A stretch of 64,000 nucleotides of DNA from Candidatus Berkelbacteria bacterium (GTDB lineage Bacteria; Patescibacteriota; UBA1384; XYA2-FULL-43-10; 1-14-0-10-43-13), in assembly GCA_037140515.1 (NCBI GenBank), contig JBAXEI010000004.1, positions 8,453 through 72,452 of the forward strand, read 5' to 3'. Position numbers and translations under genes: made by a program. The first letter of the stretch is position 1; the number at the start of each line of letters is the position of its first letter. Positions 51,224-60,527 of this stretch are shown here, piece after piece. Under the pieces are notes generated by a model. That model saw only the letters and a list, made by a program, of their open reading frames with translations, did no database searches and was not told the origin of the DNA.

Positions 51224-51300
51224 TGGTAGCGGGGGTTGGATTTGAACCAACGACCTTCTGGTTATGAGCCAGACGAGCTACCGGACTGCTCTACCCCGCA
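51224..51300 (-). tRNA. Initiator tRNA-fMet (CAT) with U1-U72 mismatch
   Basis: The reverse complement reads TGCGGGGTAGAGCAGTCCGGTAGCTCGTCTGGCTCATAACCAGAAGGTCGTTGGTTCAAATCCAACCCCCGCTACCA. It is near-identical in layout to enterobacterial tRNA-fMet, with an unpaired 1-72 position. Confidence 0.75.
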
Positions 51301-51354
51301 ATACATAATGTATGTTACCACAGAACTCGACTTTATTCAAGATAAAACTGCCTT

Positions 51355-51855
51355 TTACGCAACTTTTTCATTTATCACTTTTTCAATCTTCTTTGCTGTT
51401 TCCGTCCTTCCAAGATTTCTATACTCTTTCAGCTCTTGCTCCAAGGAGAGGACAGGAATTCTGCTAGAGCCAAGATTAATAAATTTCGTAGGATGATAAT
51501 GATTTATTTCGGACCATTCCCCATTCTGTAAGCGATATTGAAAATTTGCCATTACTTCGACTTTTACACCGCCTATCTCATAGACTCCGAAATATGATCT
51601 GTATTTTTCTGTTTCAGAATACTCAGATTTTTTAATTTGATAATTCTGAAGTAGCTCGTCAATCAGAACAGCAGAATCAATATCTGTCAAAATGTCTATA
51701 TCATTTGGCGCAATTGCTACTCCTTGCAAATACAAAGAAGTACTTCCGGACAATATCCAGAAGACTCCTTTTGACTCAAATTGTTTTGCTAAATTCTGTA
51801 AAACCTTTTCACTAACCATCGCTGTTCCTATTTCTTCGTAAAGTATTCCCACCAC
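51355..51855 (-). CDS. Nucleotidyltransferase-fold (Pol-beta/MNT-like) protein
   Basis: The NTase signature reads WILSGSTSLYLQGVAIAPNDIDILTD, which gives the GS...DxD pattern. The protein is 166 aa and sits next to the tRNA genes. Confidence 0.5.
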   Translation of the reverse strand: MVGILYEEIGTAMVSEKVLQNLAKQFESKGVFWILSGSTSLYLQGVAIAPNDIDILTDIDSAVLIDELLQNYQIKKSEYSETEKYRSYFGVYEIGGVKVEVMANFQYRLQNGEWSEINHYHPTKFINLGSSRIPVLSLEQELKEYRNLGRTETAKKIEKVINEKVA

Positions 51856-52238
51856 AGGCGATAGTTTGGCACTGTGATCTTCTGCTCGACAACACCGCTG
51901 TCTGAAATTTTTTCTTCAGGAGTGTCGATAGGTAGACTCAAGACACTCTCGCCCGTTGCCTTATACCCAAGCTTAGCCCTAGCCTCTTTTTCCTTATATG
52001 ACTGAGTCTGGTAATAATTATTTTGATCTTCCATATATGCTATGTCCGCTTCCATTTGAGCAAGCTTGGCCTCTTCTTTGTCCGTCTCACCGTTGGCAGC
52101 ATAATTTGCGAGAACCGTTTTCCCAACGATAATCATCATGTAGACAACAACAGCAAAAAGAAACAAGCTTGTGAGGCTCATGGGGATAATTCTCTCAATT
52201 CCTTCTTTAATTTTCTTTAGCATATTCACATCATACAA
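51828..52238 (-). CDS. Septum formation initiator FtsB/DivIC-like
   Basis: An N-terminal TM helix is followed by a coiled coil and a C-terminal AREKARAKLGYKATGESVLSL motif. Confidence 0.55.
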   Translation of the reverse strand: MYDVNMLKKIKEGIERIIPMSLTSLFLFAVVVYMMIIVGKTVLANYAANGETDKEEAKLAQMEADIAYMEDQNNYYQTQSYKEKEARAKLGYKATGESVLSLPIDTPEEKISDSGVVEQKITVPNYRLWWEYFTKK

Positions 52239-52239
52239 A

Positions 52240-52272
52240 AAAATCCCCCATTTTGAAACGGGGGATTTTTTT
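52240..52272 (-). terminator. Rho-independent terminator after the 921 aa surface protein gene
   Basis: A perfect 7 bp GC stem (ATCCCCC ATTTTGAAAC GGGGGAT) has T-runs or A-runs on both sides. Confidence 0.6.
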
Positions 52273-52285
52273 ATCTAGTATCTGA

Positions 52286-55051
52286 TTACCATCTTTTTGT
52301 TTTCTTATGGTTTTTCTTGCTCGCCATCTGAACAGGCTTTGCAACTTGTACCTTCTTCTCTGGCTGAACAACCTGCTTTACAGTTTCCTTTTGTTTCTCA
52401 ACTATTTTTGCTGGTTCTACTGTCTTTCCCTTCGCCTTATCCTTTACCGTTACTGCAACTTCTGGCTTGTCCGAGAACCAGTAGAAATATCCACCGGTCG
52501 CAGCGCCTGCCAATAGTATTAGGACGAAAAGAATAATCCAAGGCGTCCAATTATTTGCATCGTCAGTGTTTGACTCCTCACCTTTAACAATACCAGCGTC
52601 GTCATCTTTCGGTGTTTCAACTTTTTTCTCCTCTGGAGCAGCGGCTTTTGCCTTGGCCGGAGCAACTGATGTGGTTGGTGCTGGAGCACTAACAGCTGGA
52701 GTCGTGATAACTTCAGGCTGTGGTACGACTACTGTAGCTGGCACGCTTACTGTCGTAGCAATATTATTAATAGACTGAACATTATTTTTCACTGCGATTA
52801 CCGACACAACATATTTTATTCCTTCAAGAACTTTTAGACTTGAATTATATGAAAGATTTGTGTCATTTGCGTTCCCCGTAATCGTGGAGATAAGTACGTC
52901 ATTTACCTTTATCAAGTATGAATCCGCGCCCGTCCCCTTCCAATTAATATCGAGATACTTAGCGCTATCTTTGCTTACAACCGTAGCTGTAAATACTGGA
53001 ACGGTAACCAAAGTCTGAGTGTAAGTCACAAACTTGGTGAAATGTTTTGTCCAGATTACAAGGTCAGCACCTGCATCAATCTTACAGTCACCTTCGGCTA
53101 ATAGTGCATCGCCAGCAGCCTGAGTATCAGCAGCACAAACTGCATTGATTGGTGTGAAAACATCTGATCTGGTATAGCCGACTGATCTACCGGCGCCACC
53201 AGGAATCAAAATTCTAACTGCCTTATCAAATATTAGCTTAACATCTGGCATACCGATTTCGATCGAAGCGACATTTGTTGGATAATTCCCAGAATTTACT
53301 GTTACTGAAGTTGGATTTACCGTAACCTCTGGAAGTTTCACAACGCCATCCCAAGTCGCAGGGCCAGTAACCGTTGTTCCGCTTGCAACATTGACTACAA
53401 TAGTGTTACCAGATGAAATTTCTGCACTGATTTTTGTTGCACCTTCCATCTTCGCAGATTTGTTTGCAACGCCCGCTGCGTCCTTGCCATCCTGAAGAGA
53501 AGGGGCCAAATTTAGCGTCGTGCCACCAGTTGTAACCTTAATATCCATATTTTCCGCATAACCTTTTGGCACTACGATTTCAGTTGGTGTAGTCACTGTC
53601 ATTCCCGAAGTCGCAACAGCCTGTGTAGGTTTCGCAGCAAGGACTTTTACAGTTCGTACAACGGTAACAGCTTTATTTGAAGCAAGGTCGATCGCATCGT
53701 AAGAGATTGTATAATCCCCTTCTTTCGTTGTGTCGACTGTTCCCGAAGCAACAACTTGGACAGTTGCGTCAAGATTATCTGTGACTGTAGCGCCCGCGTC
53801 AGTATATGTCGAGCCAAAATTAACAGTTTGGATAGCATCTCCTGCCAATATAATCACAGGAGAAGTTTTATCGTATACGATTGTTGTCGAGACTGAGTCA
53901 GCATTTGAATTTCCAGCATCATCAGATATGGTTCCTGATGTTAATTCAACAACTACGCTTCCTTCAGCAGTAGGAACCACATCAAATGTGAAATCTTTAT
54001 GATCTGCAGTTCCAAGATTCGAAGCTGTACCATTTGTAATCTTTAGCTTTGAAATATCCAAGCCAGCAACTGCCTCGCTGCACTTTAGTGTGAGTTTCAG
54101 CGGATTCTCACTTGTTGCAACTGGATAGCTGCTAGAAAGTGTTGCTGTCGGGGCAATTTTATCAACTGTAAATATCTGAGATGCAGCTTTGACAATACGA
54201 TTGCCTGCCATATCCATGATGCTATAGCCCCAGGCGTCAACAAGATAGTCACCACTTAGTAAATCCGAATTATAAACTATAGTTAGGACGTTACCGTTCA
54301 ATACTGCAGTATTGATTTGATTGACCTTAACATTCGTATAATCACCGGTACTCTTATCATAATCATAGATTCCAAGCAAAGAAGATGTTAACGCTGTGAC
54401 TGCACCGTTATTTTGATCAATCAGCTGAACTGGCTCACTAAATGTATAAGTAATGGTTTTAGTGGTCTCGTCCAAGGTAGCCGTTGCAGTTGGAGATTCT
54501 ATGTCAGAGAGAACTGCGCCTTCAATTTTAATGTCATCTATTCCAACTCCATCGCCAGACACTGCATTTTTTGTCTCAAACTTGATCAAAACTTTTTGGC
54601 CGTTGTAAAGAGAAAGGTCAATCGGATCTTGAAGAGTCAGAACATTATCTAAAGGAGTAACAGTCTTTATTAGCGACCAAGTCCCACCGTTGTCCGTCGA
54701 TACAGAAATGTCTATAGCGTTCCGTGGTGCCTGAATTGTCCCGTAAGTCCGAGCGCTAAAAACCAATTTTTCACTGTCTGTCGGTAAAAAGTTCATCGGC
54801 GGTGAAATCAACGATGATGTTGCCTTAGTCATGACTATATAGTCGTTGCTAGCAGCAGTTTGTTGAGTACAGTCGGTGCAAACCCAGGTTGTCTCAGCGG
54901 CAATATTGCCAATGTTCGACGCAATACTAGTCGGAACAAATGGCGCCGCCATTGCCGTTTCGGCTGTTAAGTAGCTTGTAACTAGCCATGACGGGACCAC
55001 CAGAACTGCGGTGATCAGGTAGACTAGAAACTTGCGAAAAAATAGTTTCAT
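52286..55051 (-). CDS. Large cell-surface protein with Ig-like/beta-sandwich repeats and C-terminal TM anchor plus Lys/Pro-rich tail
   Basis: The ORF is 921 aa. A signal peptide reads LVYLITAVLVVPSWLV. Long Thr/Val/Ser-rich beta-type repeats are present. The C-terminus reads TPWIILFVLILLAGAATGGYFYWF and is followed by a KPEV/KAKGK-rich tail. Confidence 0.55.
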   Translation of the reverse strand: MKLFFRKFLVYLITAVLVVPSWLVTSYLTAETAMAAPFVPTSIASNIGNIAAETTWVCTDCTQQTAASNDYIVMTKATSSLISPPMNFLPTDSEKLVFSARTYGTIQAPRNAIDISVSTDNGGTWSLIKTVTPLDNVLTLQDPIDLSLYNGQKVLIKFETKNAVSGDGVGIDDIKIEGAVLSDIESPTATATLDETTKTITYTFSEPVQLIDQNNGAVTALTSSLLGIYDYDKSTGDYTNVKVNQINTAVLNGNVLTIVYNSDLLSGDYLVDAWGYSIMDMAGNRIVKAASQIFTVDKIAPTATLSSSYPVATSENPLKLTLKCSEAVAGLDISKLKITNGTASNLGTADHKDFTFDVVPTAEGSVVVELTSGTISDDAGNSNADSVSTTIVYDKTSPVIILAGDAIQTVNFGSTYTDAGATVTDNLDATVQVVASGTVDTTKEGDYTISYDAIDLASNKAVTVVRTVKVLAAKPTQAVATSGMTVTTPTEIVVPKGYAENMDIKVTTGGTTLNLAPSLQDGKDAAGVANKSAKMEGATKISAEISSGNTIVVNVASGTTVTGPATWDGVVKLPEVTVNPTSVTVNSGNYPTNVASIEIGMPDVKLIFDKAVRILIPGGAGRSVGYTRSDVFTPINAVCAADTQAAGDALLAEGDCKIDAGADLVIWTKHFTKFVTYTQTLVTVPVFTATVVSKDSAKYLDINWKGTGADSYLIKVNDVLISTITGNANDTNLSYNSSLKVLEGIKYVVSVIAVKNNVQSINNIATTVSVPATVVVPQPEVITTPAVSAPAPTTSVAPAKAKAAAPEEKKVETPKDDDAGIVKGEESNTDDANNWTPWIILFVLILLAGAATGGYFYWFSDKPEVAVTVKDKAKGKTVEPAKIVEKQKETVKQVVQPEKKVQVAKPVQMASKKNHKKTKRW

Positions 55052-55474
55052 AAACCTCTCCTAAATTAAAATTATTTATAAGTTGAAAACACTCATTTCT
55101 AACATCAATCAAACTGACCTTATTATAGTAAGGCAGAATTGACTTTAGAAATGATTATTCCCTCCCAATTTCTCAGATACACAGCACGAAAATATAGAAT
55201 TGCCCAAAGCAATAAGTACATTTTAGATACAAACTAAACGATTTTTGTGTTTTTTGAGCTTCCCAAACTATAAGAGCTTAAGAAAATGTCTTTGTTTTTT
55301 TGTTAGAAAAATTGTGTAACCCATAACTTTCATACTTCGTCATACATTGCCATAGGTAAATCGATCTAACGTGATATTAGTATATAGCAAGAGTGATTAC
55401 TGTCAACAAAAAAATAAGCTCTTTCCTAGAGCCAACAATTAGAACTTATCCACAGCGAAGCTACATAAATAGTA

Positions 55475-56104
55475 TTAATTTATGTTGAAAAATCCAGCAA
55501 TATTATTTATTAAGTTGTCGAAAGCCTCAACAATAGCAGGTTTCTTACGACCAAACATGTTGGTAACGAGAATTGTTTCGTGGGCTACATTGTTTTCGAC
55601 ATAGGTGCCTTCAGAGACGCCAATACCCATATCCTCATAGTCAGGATTCAAAATATTTTCACGATGCTTTGGAGAGTTCATCCAACCGTTCACCGTGCCC
55701 TCGGCTGTATCAAAATCCATTGCAAGATTTTCACCAGCATAGAGGTATTTGTAGCCAGATTTGTTAATAAAATCCCATGGTGTCATACCAAAAGCGAAAT
55801 GTTCAAAATAGTTTTTTGTAAGCATGTCAGACGACTTGCTAGTCGCAGCAGCATTTAAATTTAAGTCAACGTTCAGAGGCTGTAAGCCATTTTCGATACG
55901 TTTTTGATTTACCAGATATGAGATATTCTCAGTAGTAATGTCAGAAGCAAAAATTGGTGTAGCACTCGACAAAGATAAAACACAAGCAAAAAACAAGATG
56001 GCTAATTTCTTTTTTGTAGACTGCATATTTGGTTTTTGGTGTGATTTGTTCATACTTGTTTTTTTAAATTGAATAAGTATATCATTTACAACATACTTTG
56101 TCAA
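55475..56104 (-). CDS. CAP/SCP/PR1-like (YkwD-type) secreted protein
   Basis: A signal peptide is present. The CAP motifs read YFEHFAFGMTPWDF...GENLA...NGWMNSPKHRENILNPDYEDMGIG. Confidence 0.65.
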   Translation of the reverse strand: MTKYVVNDILIQFKKTSMNKSHQKPNMQSTKKKLAILFFACVLSLSSATPIFASDITTENISYLVNQKRIENGLQPLNVDLNLNAAATSKSSDMLTKNYFEHFAFGMTPWDFINKSGYKYLYAGENLAMDFDTAEGTVNGWMNSPKHRENILNPDYEDMGIGVSEGTYVENNVAHETILVTNMFGRKKPAIVEAFDNLINNIAGFFNIN

Positions 56105-56163
56105 TAGCAGAATCGATATATTTTGTGTTTTAATATGTATTTGATCGTAAATTATCAGTTTGT

Positions 56164-56216
56164 TGTTCCCGCGAAGTACGAAATCTATACTTAGCCCCGA
56201 TCCCAGCCTTCGCTTG
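56164..56216. repeat. Degenerate copy (E) of the intergenic repeat family
   Basis: The sequence CCCGCGAAGTACGAAATCTATAC...CCCGATCCCAGCCTTCGCT shares the CGCGAAG / GAATCTATA and GATCCCAGCCTTCGCT modules with copies A and D. Confidence 0.5.
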
Positions 56217-56298
56217 AATATTAAAATTACAAAGCCCTAATAGCCCGCTCATTGATTAATCACAGTCATTTTGATAGATTAGATCTAGACCAATATGA

Positions 56299-56374
56299 GG
56301 GCTCGTAGCTCAGTGGTTAGAGCAGGCGGCTCATAACCGCTTGGTCGCAGGTTCGAACCCTGCCGGGCCCACCA
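56299..56374 (+). tRNA. tRNA-Ile2 (CAT, lysidine-modified; TilS substrate)
   Basis: The sequence is GGGCTCGTAGCTCAGTGGTTAGAGCAGGCGGCTCATAACCGCTTGGTCGCAGGTTCGAACCCTGCCGGGCCCACCA. It closely parallels known tRNA-Ile2, including the GGCGG anticodon stem and the TTGGTCGC variable loop. Confidence 0.7.
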
Positions 56375-56380
56375 CTATAA

Positions 56381-56408
56381 AAATACTCAGCGATATGAGT
56401 ATTTTTTA
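56381..56408 (+). terminator. Rho-independent terminator after tRNA-Ile2
   Basis: A perfect 8 bp stem (AATACTCA GCGATA TGAGTATT) is followed by TTTT. Confidence 0.6.
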
Positions 56409-56467
56409 TTTGCCAAGGCCAATCGCTATAATGTATAATTACATATATAAAAAATAACAAAGAATCT

Positions 56468-57880
56468 ATGACAAAAAACAAAAAGCTTGTGCTCTGGTCC
56501 ATTATTTCTATTCTCATCTTGATCTTGATTGCAGCAGCGGTGCTCTTCACCTACCAAAAAGCTTATGCAGGCAAAATTTATCCAAATGTATCATTCGGTG
56601 GCGTAGATTTATCAGGTAAGACCAAGCAAGAAGCACAGACGATTCTTGAAAATAAATTTCAAAGCACTCTCGATAAGGAAATTACCCTCACTGCAAACGG
56701 CCTAGAAGCAAAAGCGAAGCTTGCCGATACAGGGCTAACTTTTGACTTCAGCAAAATAATTAATCAAGGATATGATATCGGCAGAGAACCGGACTTCTTC
56801 CAGAATATCATTTCCTCGACAAAGACTTTCTACCAAACAAATCAGGTTGAGGTCACGCCATATCTTAATCAAACGAAGTACAACACCTTTGTACAAATTG
56901 TTGTTGATCAGCTGAACACAAAGCCTGAGGACGCAACATTGAAAATTGAAAAAGGTGAGATTCAAACTACGGCTAGCAAAATTGGACAAACTGTCGACAC
57001 TGCGAGCTTGATTGATGAGATAATTGCAACGATTAATGACAACACGAGCACAATTGAATTAAAAACAGTATTAGCTTATCCAACTGTTGAAAACGCTGAT
57101 TTTGCGCCAGCACAAAGCAAGGCTCAAGCATATTTGGACAAAAAGATTACATTTACTTATACCGATAAGACATATGCACCATCCAAAAGCGAGATTGGCG
57201 CTTGGCTTGACTTCGCTGCAGCAAAAGACAGCTACGATGTTAGTTTGAATGAGGGCAACATCAAAGCATACTTGAACAAAATCGCGGTAAACTTCGAGGT
57301 GAAGAAAGTCGATCGCAAGATCAATTCTCTGACAAACGAAGTTATCACCGAAGGCAAACAGGGCGTATATCTCGACAAAGACCAAACCGTCAAAACCTTG
57401 CTTGGCGCAATTGGTGGACAAACTGTCGACGTTGCCATGACCGTTACAACCGAAGATCCTGTAGAAATCAAGATCATCCCTGCTGAGGGAATTGTGCCTG
57501 GCAAATTTACTGGTAAATATATCGATGTCGATCTGACGAATCAGAAGCTGTGCCAAGTTGACGGAAACGCTGTCGTTGCATGCCATGTTATTTCTTCAGG
57601 CAAAGCTTCAACACCAACACCAATAGGAACCTTCGCAATACAAAACAAGGATCCAAGAAGATGGTCAAACGCCTCAAGCCTTTGGATGCCATGGTGGGAA
57701 CAATTCGCTGACGGTGGCTATGGTCTTCACGAACTCCCAGAGTGGCCAAATGGCTACAAAGAAGGTCAGGCACATCTTGGTACGCCTGTCTCACATGGTT
57801 GCGTTCGCCTTGGTATCGGTGAAGCTGAACAGGTTTACAACTGGACCGAGATCGGCACACCAGTCTATATCCACAAGTAA
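56468..57880 (+). CDS. L,D-transpeptidase (YkuD domain) with N-terminal TM anchor and VanW/PG-binding-like repeats
   Basis: The C-terminal catalytic block reads HELPEWPNGYKEGQAHLGTPVSHGCVRLGIGEAEQVYNW and contains the SHGC motif. Confidence 0.8.
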   Translation: MTKNKKLVLWSIISILILILIAAAVLFTYQKAYAGKIYPNVSFGGVDLSGKTKQEAQTILENKFQSTLDKEITLTANGLEAKAKLADTGLTFDFSKIINQGYDIGREPDFFQNIISSTKTFYQTNQVEVTPYLNQTKYNTFVQIVVDQLNTKPEDATLKIEKGEIQTTASKIGQTVDTASLIDEIIATINDNTSTIELKTVLAYPTVENADFAPAQSKAQAYLDKKITFTYTDKTYAPSKSEIGAWLDFAAAKDSYDVSLNEGNIKAYLNKIAVNFEVKKVDRKINSLTNEVITEGKQGVYLDKDQTVKTLLGAIGGQTVDVAMTVTTEDPVEIKIIPAEGIVPGKFTGKYIDVDLTNQKLCQVDGNAVVACHVISSGKASTPTPIGTFAIQNKDPRRWSNASSLWMPWWEQFADGGYGLHELPEWPNGYKEGQAHLGTPVSHGCVRLGIGEAEQVYNWTEIGTPVYIHK

Positions 57881-57905
57881 TCAACAAGTACATATACACA
57901 AAAAA

Positions 57906-57932
57906 AGTGATCCGAACCTCGGGTCACTTTTT
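57906..57932 (+). terminator. Rho-independent terminator after the L,D-transpeptidase gene
   Basis: The hairpin AGTGATCCG AACCT CGGGTCACT has one mismatch and is followed by TTTTT. Confidence 0.55.
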
Positions 57933-58025
57933 AATATACGTATTTATTGTTCAAGTCTATGCAGCAGGTGAAAAACTATTATTTTTACTTCTCAACCCGC
58001 TAGCTTCACGGAGTCGAAGAATAAA

Positions 58026-60527
58026 TTATTTAATCATTTCAAGCGTAATCTGATATTTGTCGCCTTCCTTCAGCTCGCCTCTTAGAACTTTATCGGCAAG
58101 AAGGTTCTCTAGCTTCTCCTCTATAACCCGCTGCATCGGACGAGCGCCCATTTCTGGGTCAAAGCCTAGCTCGGACAGATAAGCGATGGCGTCCTCGGCT
58201 ACAGTGATCTCAATGCCTTGTGTTTCCTGAATAGTTTTCTTGAGCGTGTCGATCATCAACTTCGCGATTTGTACAATCTCTGCTTGACTGAGCGGAGCAA
58301 AAGCAATAACCGCGCTAAAACGATTTAGTAGCTCAGCACGAAATAAATGCTGATCAACAATATAGCTAGTCAATTTTGCGGACACCTTACTGAAATCGAT
58401 ACCCTCTTTGATCGACTGATAAATAAGCTCGGAACCAGCATTTGAGGTAGCAATGATAATTGTATTAGCGAAGGAAACTTTTTTGCCTTCACCATCGGTC
58501 AGAAGTCCCTCATCAAGAATTTGTAAGAATAAGTTTAGGATATCAGGCTCTGCTTTCTCAATTTCATCAAAAAGTAAAAGCGAAAAAGGATTTTCCCGAA
58601 CTGCAGTCGTGAGATTCCCCTGCTCTGTACGGCTACCTATCAAGCGATATATGTCATCTTTATTTTGATACTCGCTCATGTCATATCTAATCATTTTGGC
58701 TTCCCCTCCAAAATAAACGTTTGCTAGCGCCTTTGCAGTAGCAGTCTTGCCGACACCTGTTGGGCCAAGAAAAAGAAATGAGCCGATAGGTTTGTGTGTA
58801 TCAGTGACCTTCGCTCGAGCACGACGGAGAGCATTCGCGATAGAATCAACAGCCATTGCTTGTCCGATTACAAGTGCGTGCATTTTTTGTTCAAGATTTA
58901 GTAGAATCTCCTGTTCCTTTGCTGCGACATCGCCAGTAGGTAAATCATACTTCTCAGCAATATAGCTTTCGATGTCTGCTGGGAGGATAATTGTTTCGCC
59001 TCTAGCCGCCACTGCTCTCGTCACCGCACCGTCAATAAGGCCTATAGATTTCTCAGGATTTGGCTGATTCAAGATATATTTGCTAGCCGCTTTGATCGCA
59101 GCTTTAATCGCTTCATATGAAACGATAGCTTTTGTTTGATATTCAATAGTAGGTATAGTGTCTTCAAGAACAGAAACCATTGCCTTGTCATCTGGCTCTC
59201 GCACGGTAACTTTCACAAAACGTTTTGCTAGAGCTCCATTTGGCAATATTGTGTTATTGTAGCCAGCAACGTCGCAAGAGCCAACAATGTGAATTTCATT
59301 GCTATCTAGATATGGCAAAATTACTTCTGACAAATTCGCTTTGCCGACAGTGTCACCGGAGAAAAGATTATCAATGTTTTCAATATATAGAATGACATTT
59401 CCAGCGCTGGCAGTCTCACTAAAAACTCTGCCGACCTTCTCCATCAGGGCACCCGGATCGGCTTCACCAGAAAGTAACGATTCTATATCGAGCTGAAATA
59501 TATGTCGTTTATTAAGAGTCGGATTGAGGTTTCCATTAACCAAATTCTTGACAAAGCCTAAGATTATTGTGCGCTTGCCAATCCCCGCATCGCCAACCAT
59601 GATCACGTTGCCGTTTGCCTGGCTCAAAAGTGCTTCTTCGATCTCACGAATCTCCTTTTCTCTAGCAATCACTTCAAGACTTAGACCGTATTCGCGAATC
59701 GATTCTGTAAGATCCATAGAATACATTCTAAGAAAGTTAGTATAACCAAAAACCCAATCTCGGCCTATGCCACCTGTCATTTTGAAACGACGATAATTGA
59801 ACACTCCCTCATTTTCGTCGACCTTATCATCTAGGGTCGCCTGCCAATGAACAATATTTGCGATGTCATCTGCGTTTAACCTTAAGTTTTTTAAGATTCC
59901 TTGGAAAAAAGCGTCGGAATCACAGAAAGCCCAAAAAACGTCCACGGCGGATATTTCTTTTCGATTTGCAATGATGGCCAAATCCAGAGCGTGCGCTATG
60001 AGATTGGTAGTTGATGTCGAAGAAGGATAGTTGCTGGTAATAATATTTATAATGTCTTCTTTACCCAAGCCAAGACGCAAAAGGATGAAGTTTATTTCAC
60101 GCGTATCCATGACCGCAAGTGCAAGGTTCTGCATTGTTTCAGAAACAGCATCTTTGCTGCCATACATTTTTTCCGTTGAGGCAGCAAAATCATAAGAAAA
60201 AAGAGCGTAGAGATTGACGATTTTACCCTCTGCAATGCGCTTTTTTGCCTCGGACAAAGATATCCTAGGCCTTCTGACTTTAGCAATAAAAAATTTTCTA
60301 AAAGCTAGATATACCAAGAAAACTGCAAGCAAAAGCAGGCAAAGACCGATAATTCTAAGATCAAAATGGTATAGAAACGAGCTTCCCAATACCAAGATCG
60401 AGCAAACACCCAACAACCAAACTGCAAAGAAAATAATGCGGAAGATAAAATTGGAGAAATATTTCGTCAAAACAACAGCTTTGTGAATAGTTGTCCCCGC
60501 AGGCCTAATGGTGATTTCAGTTTGCAT
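58026..60527 (-). CDS. Membrane-anchored Hsp100/Clp-family AAA+ ATPase (ClpC/ClpB-like) with degenerate first nucleotide-binding domain
   Basis: Two N-terminal TM helices are present. A Clp-N-like repeat region follows. D1 has Walker A GDAGIGKRT and Walker B YIENID, both degenerate. D2 is intact (GPTGVGKT, LLLFDEIEKA, ARPM). Confidence 0.8.
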   Translation of the reverse strand: MQTEITIRPAGTTIHKAVVLTKYFSNFIFRIIFFAVWLLGVCSILVLGSSFLYHFDLRIIGLCLLLLAVFLVYLAFRKFFIAKVRRPRISLSEAKKRIAEGKIVNLYALFSYDFAASTEKMYGSKDAVSETMQNLALAVMDTREINFILLRLGLGKEDIINIITSNYPSSTSTTNLIAHALDLAIIANRKEISAVDVFWAFCDSDAFFQGILKNLRLNADDIANIVHWQATLDDKVDENEGVFNYRRFKMTGGIGRDWVFGYTNFLRMYSMDLTESIREYGLSLEVIAREKEIREIEEALLSQANGNVIMVGDAGIGKRTIILGFVKNLVNGNLNPTLNKRHIFQLDIESLLSGEADPGALMEKVGRVFSETASAGNVILYIENIDNLFSGDTVGKANLSEVILPYLDSNEIHIVGSCDVAGYNNTILPNGALAKRFVKVTVREPDDKAMVSVLEDTIPTIEYQTKAIVSYEAIKAAIKAASKYILNQPNPEKSIGLIDGAVTRAVAARGETIILPADIESYIAEKYDLPTGDVAAKEQEILLNLEQKMHALVIGQAMAVDSIANALRRARAKVTDTHKPIGSFLFLGPTGVGKTATAKALANVYFGGEAKMIRYDMSEYQNKDDIYRLIGSRTEQGNLTTAVRENPFSLLLFDEIEKAEPDILNLFLQILDEGLLTDGEGKKVSFANTIIIATSNAGSELIYQSIKEGIDFSKVSAKLTSYIVDQHLFRAELLNRFSAVIAFAPLSQAEIVQIAKLMIDTLKKTIQETQGIEITVAEDAIAYLSELGFDPEMGARPMQRVIEEKLENLLADKVLRGELKEGDKYQITLEMIK

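Noticed and set aside
54927-55112. 61 aa ORF overlapping the start of the surface protein gene
   Set aside because: It overlaps the signal-peptide coding region of a well-supported long ORF in another frame and shows no conservation signal.
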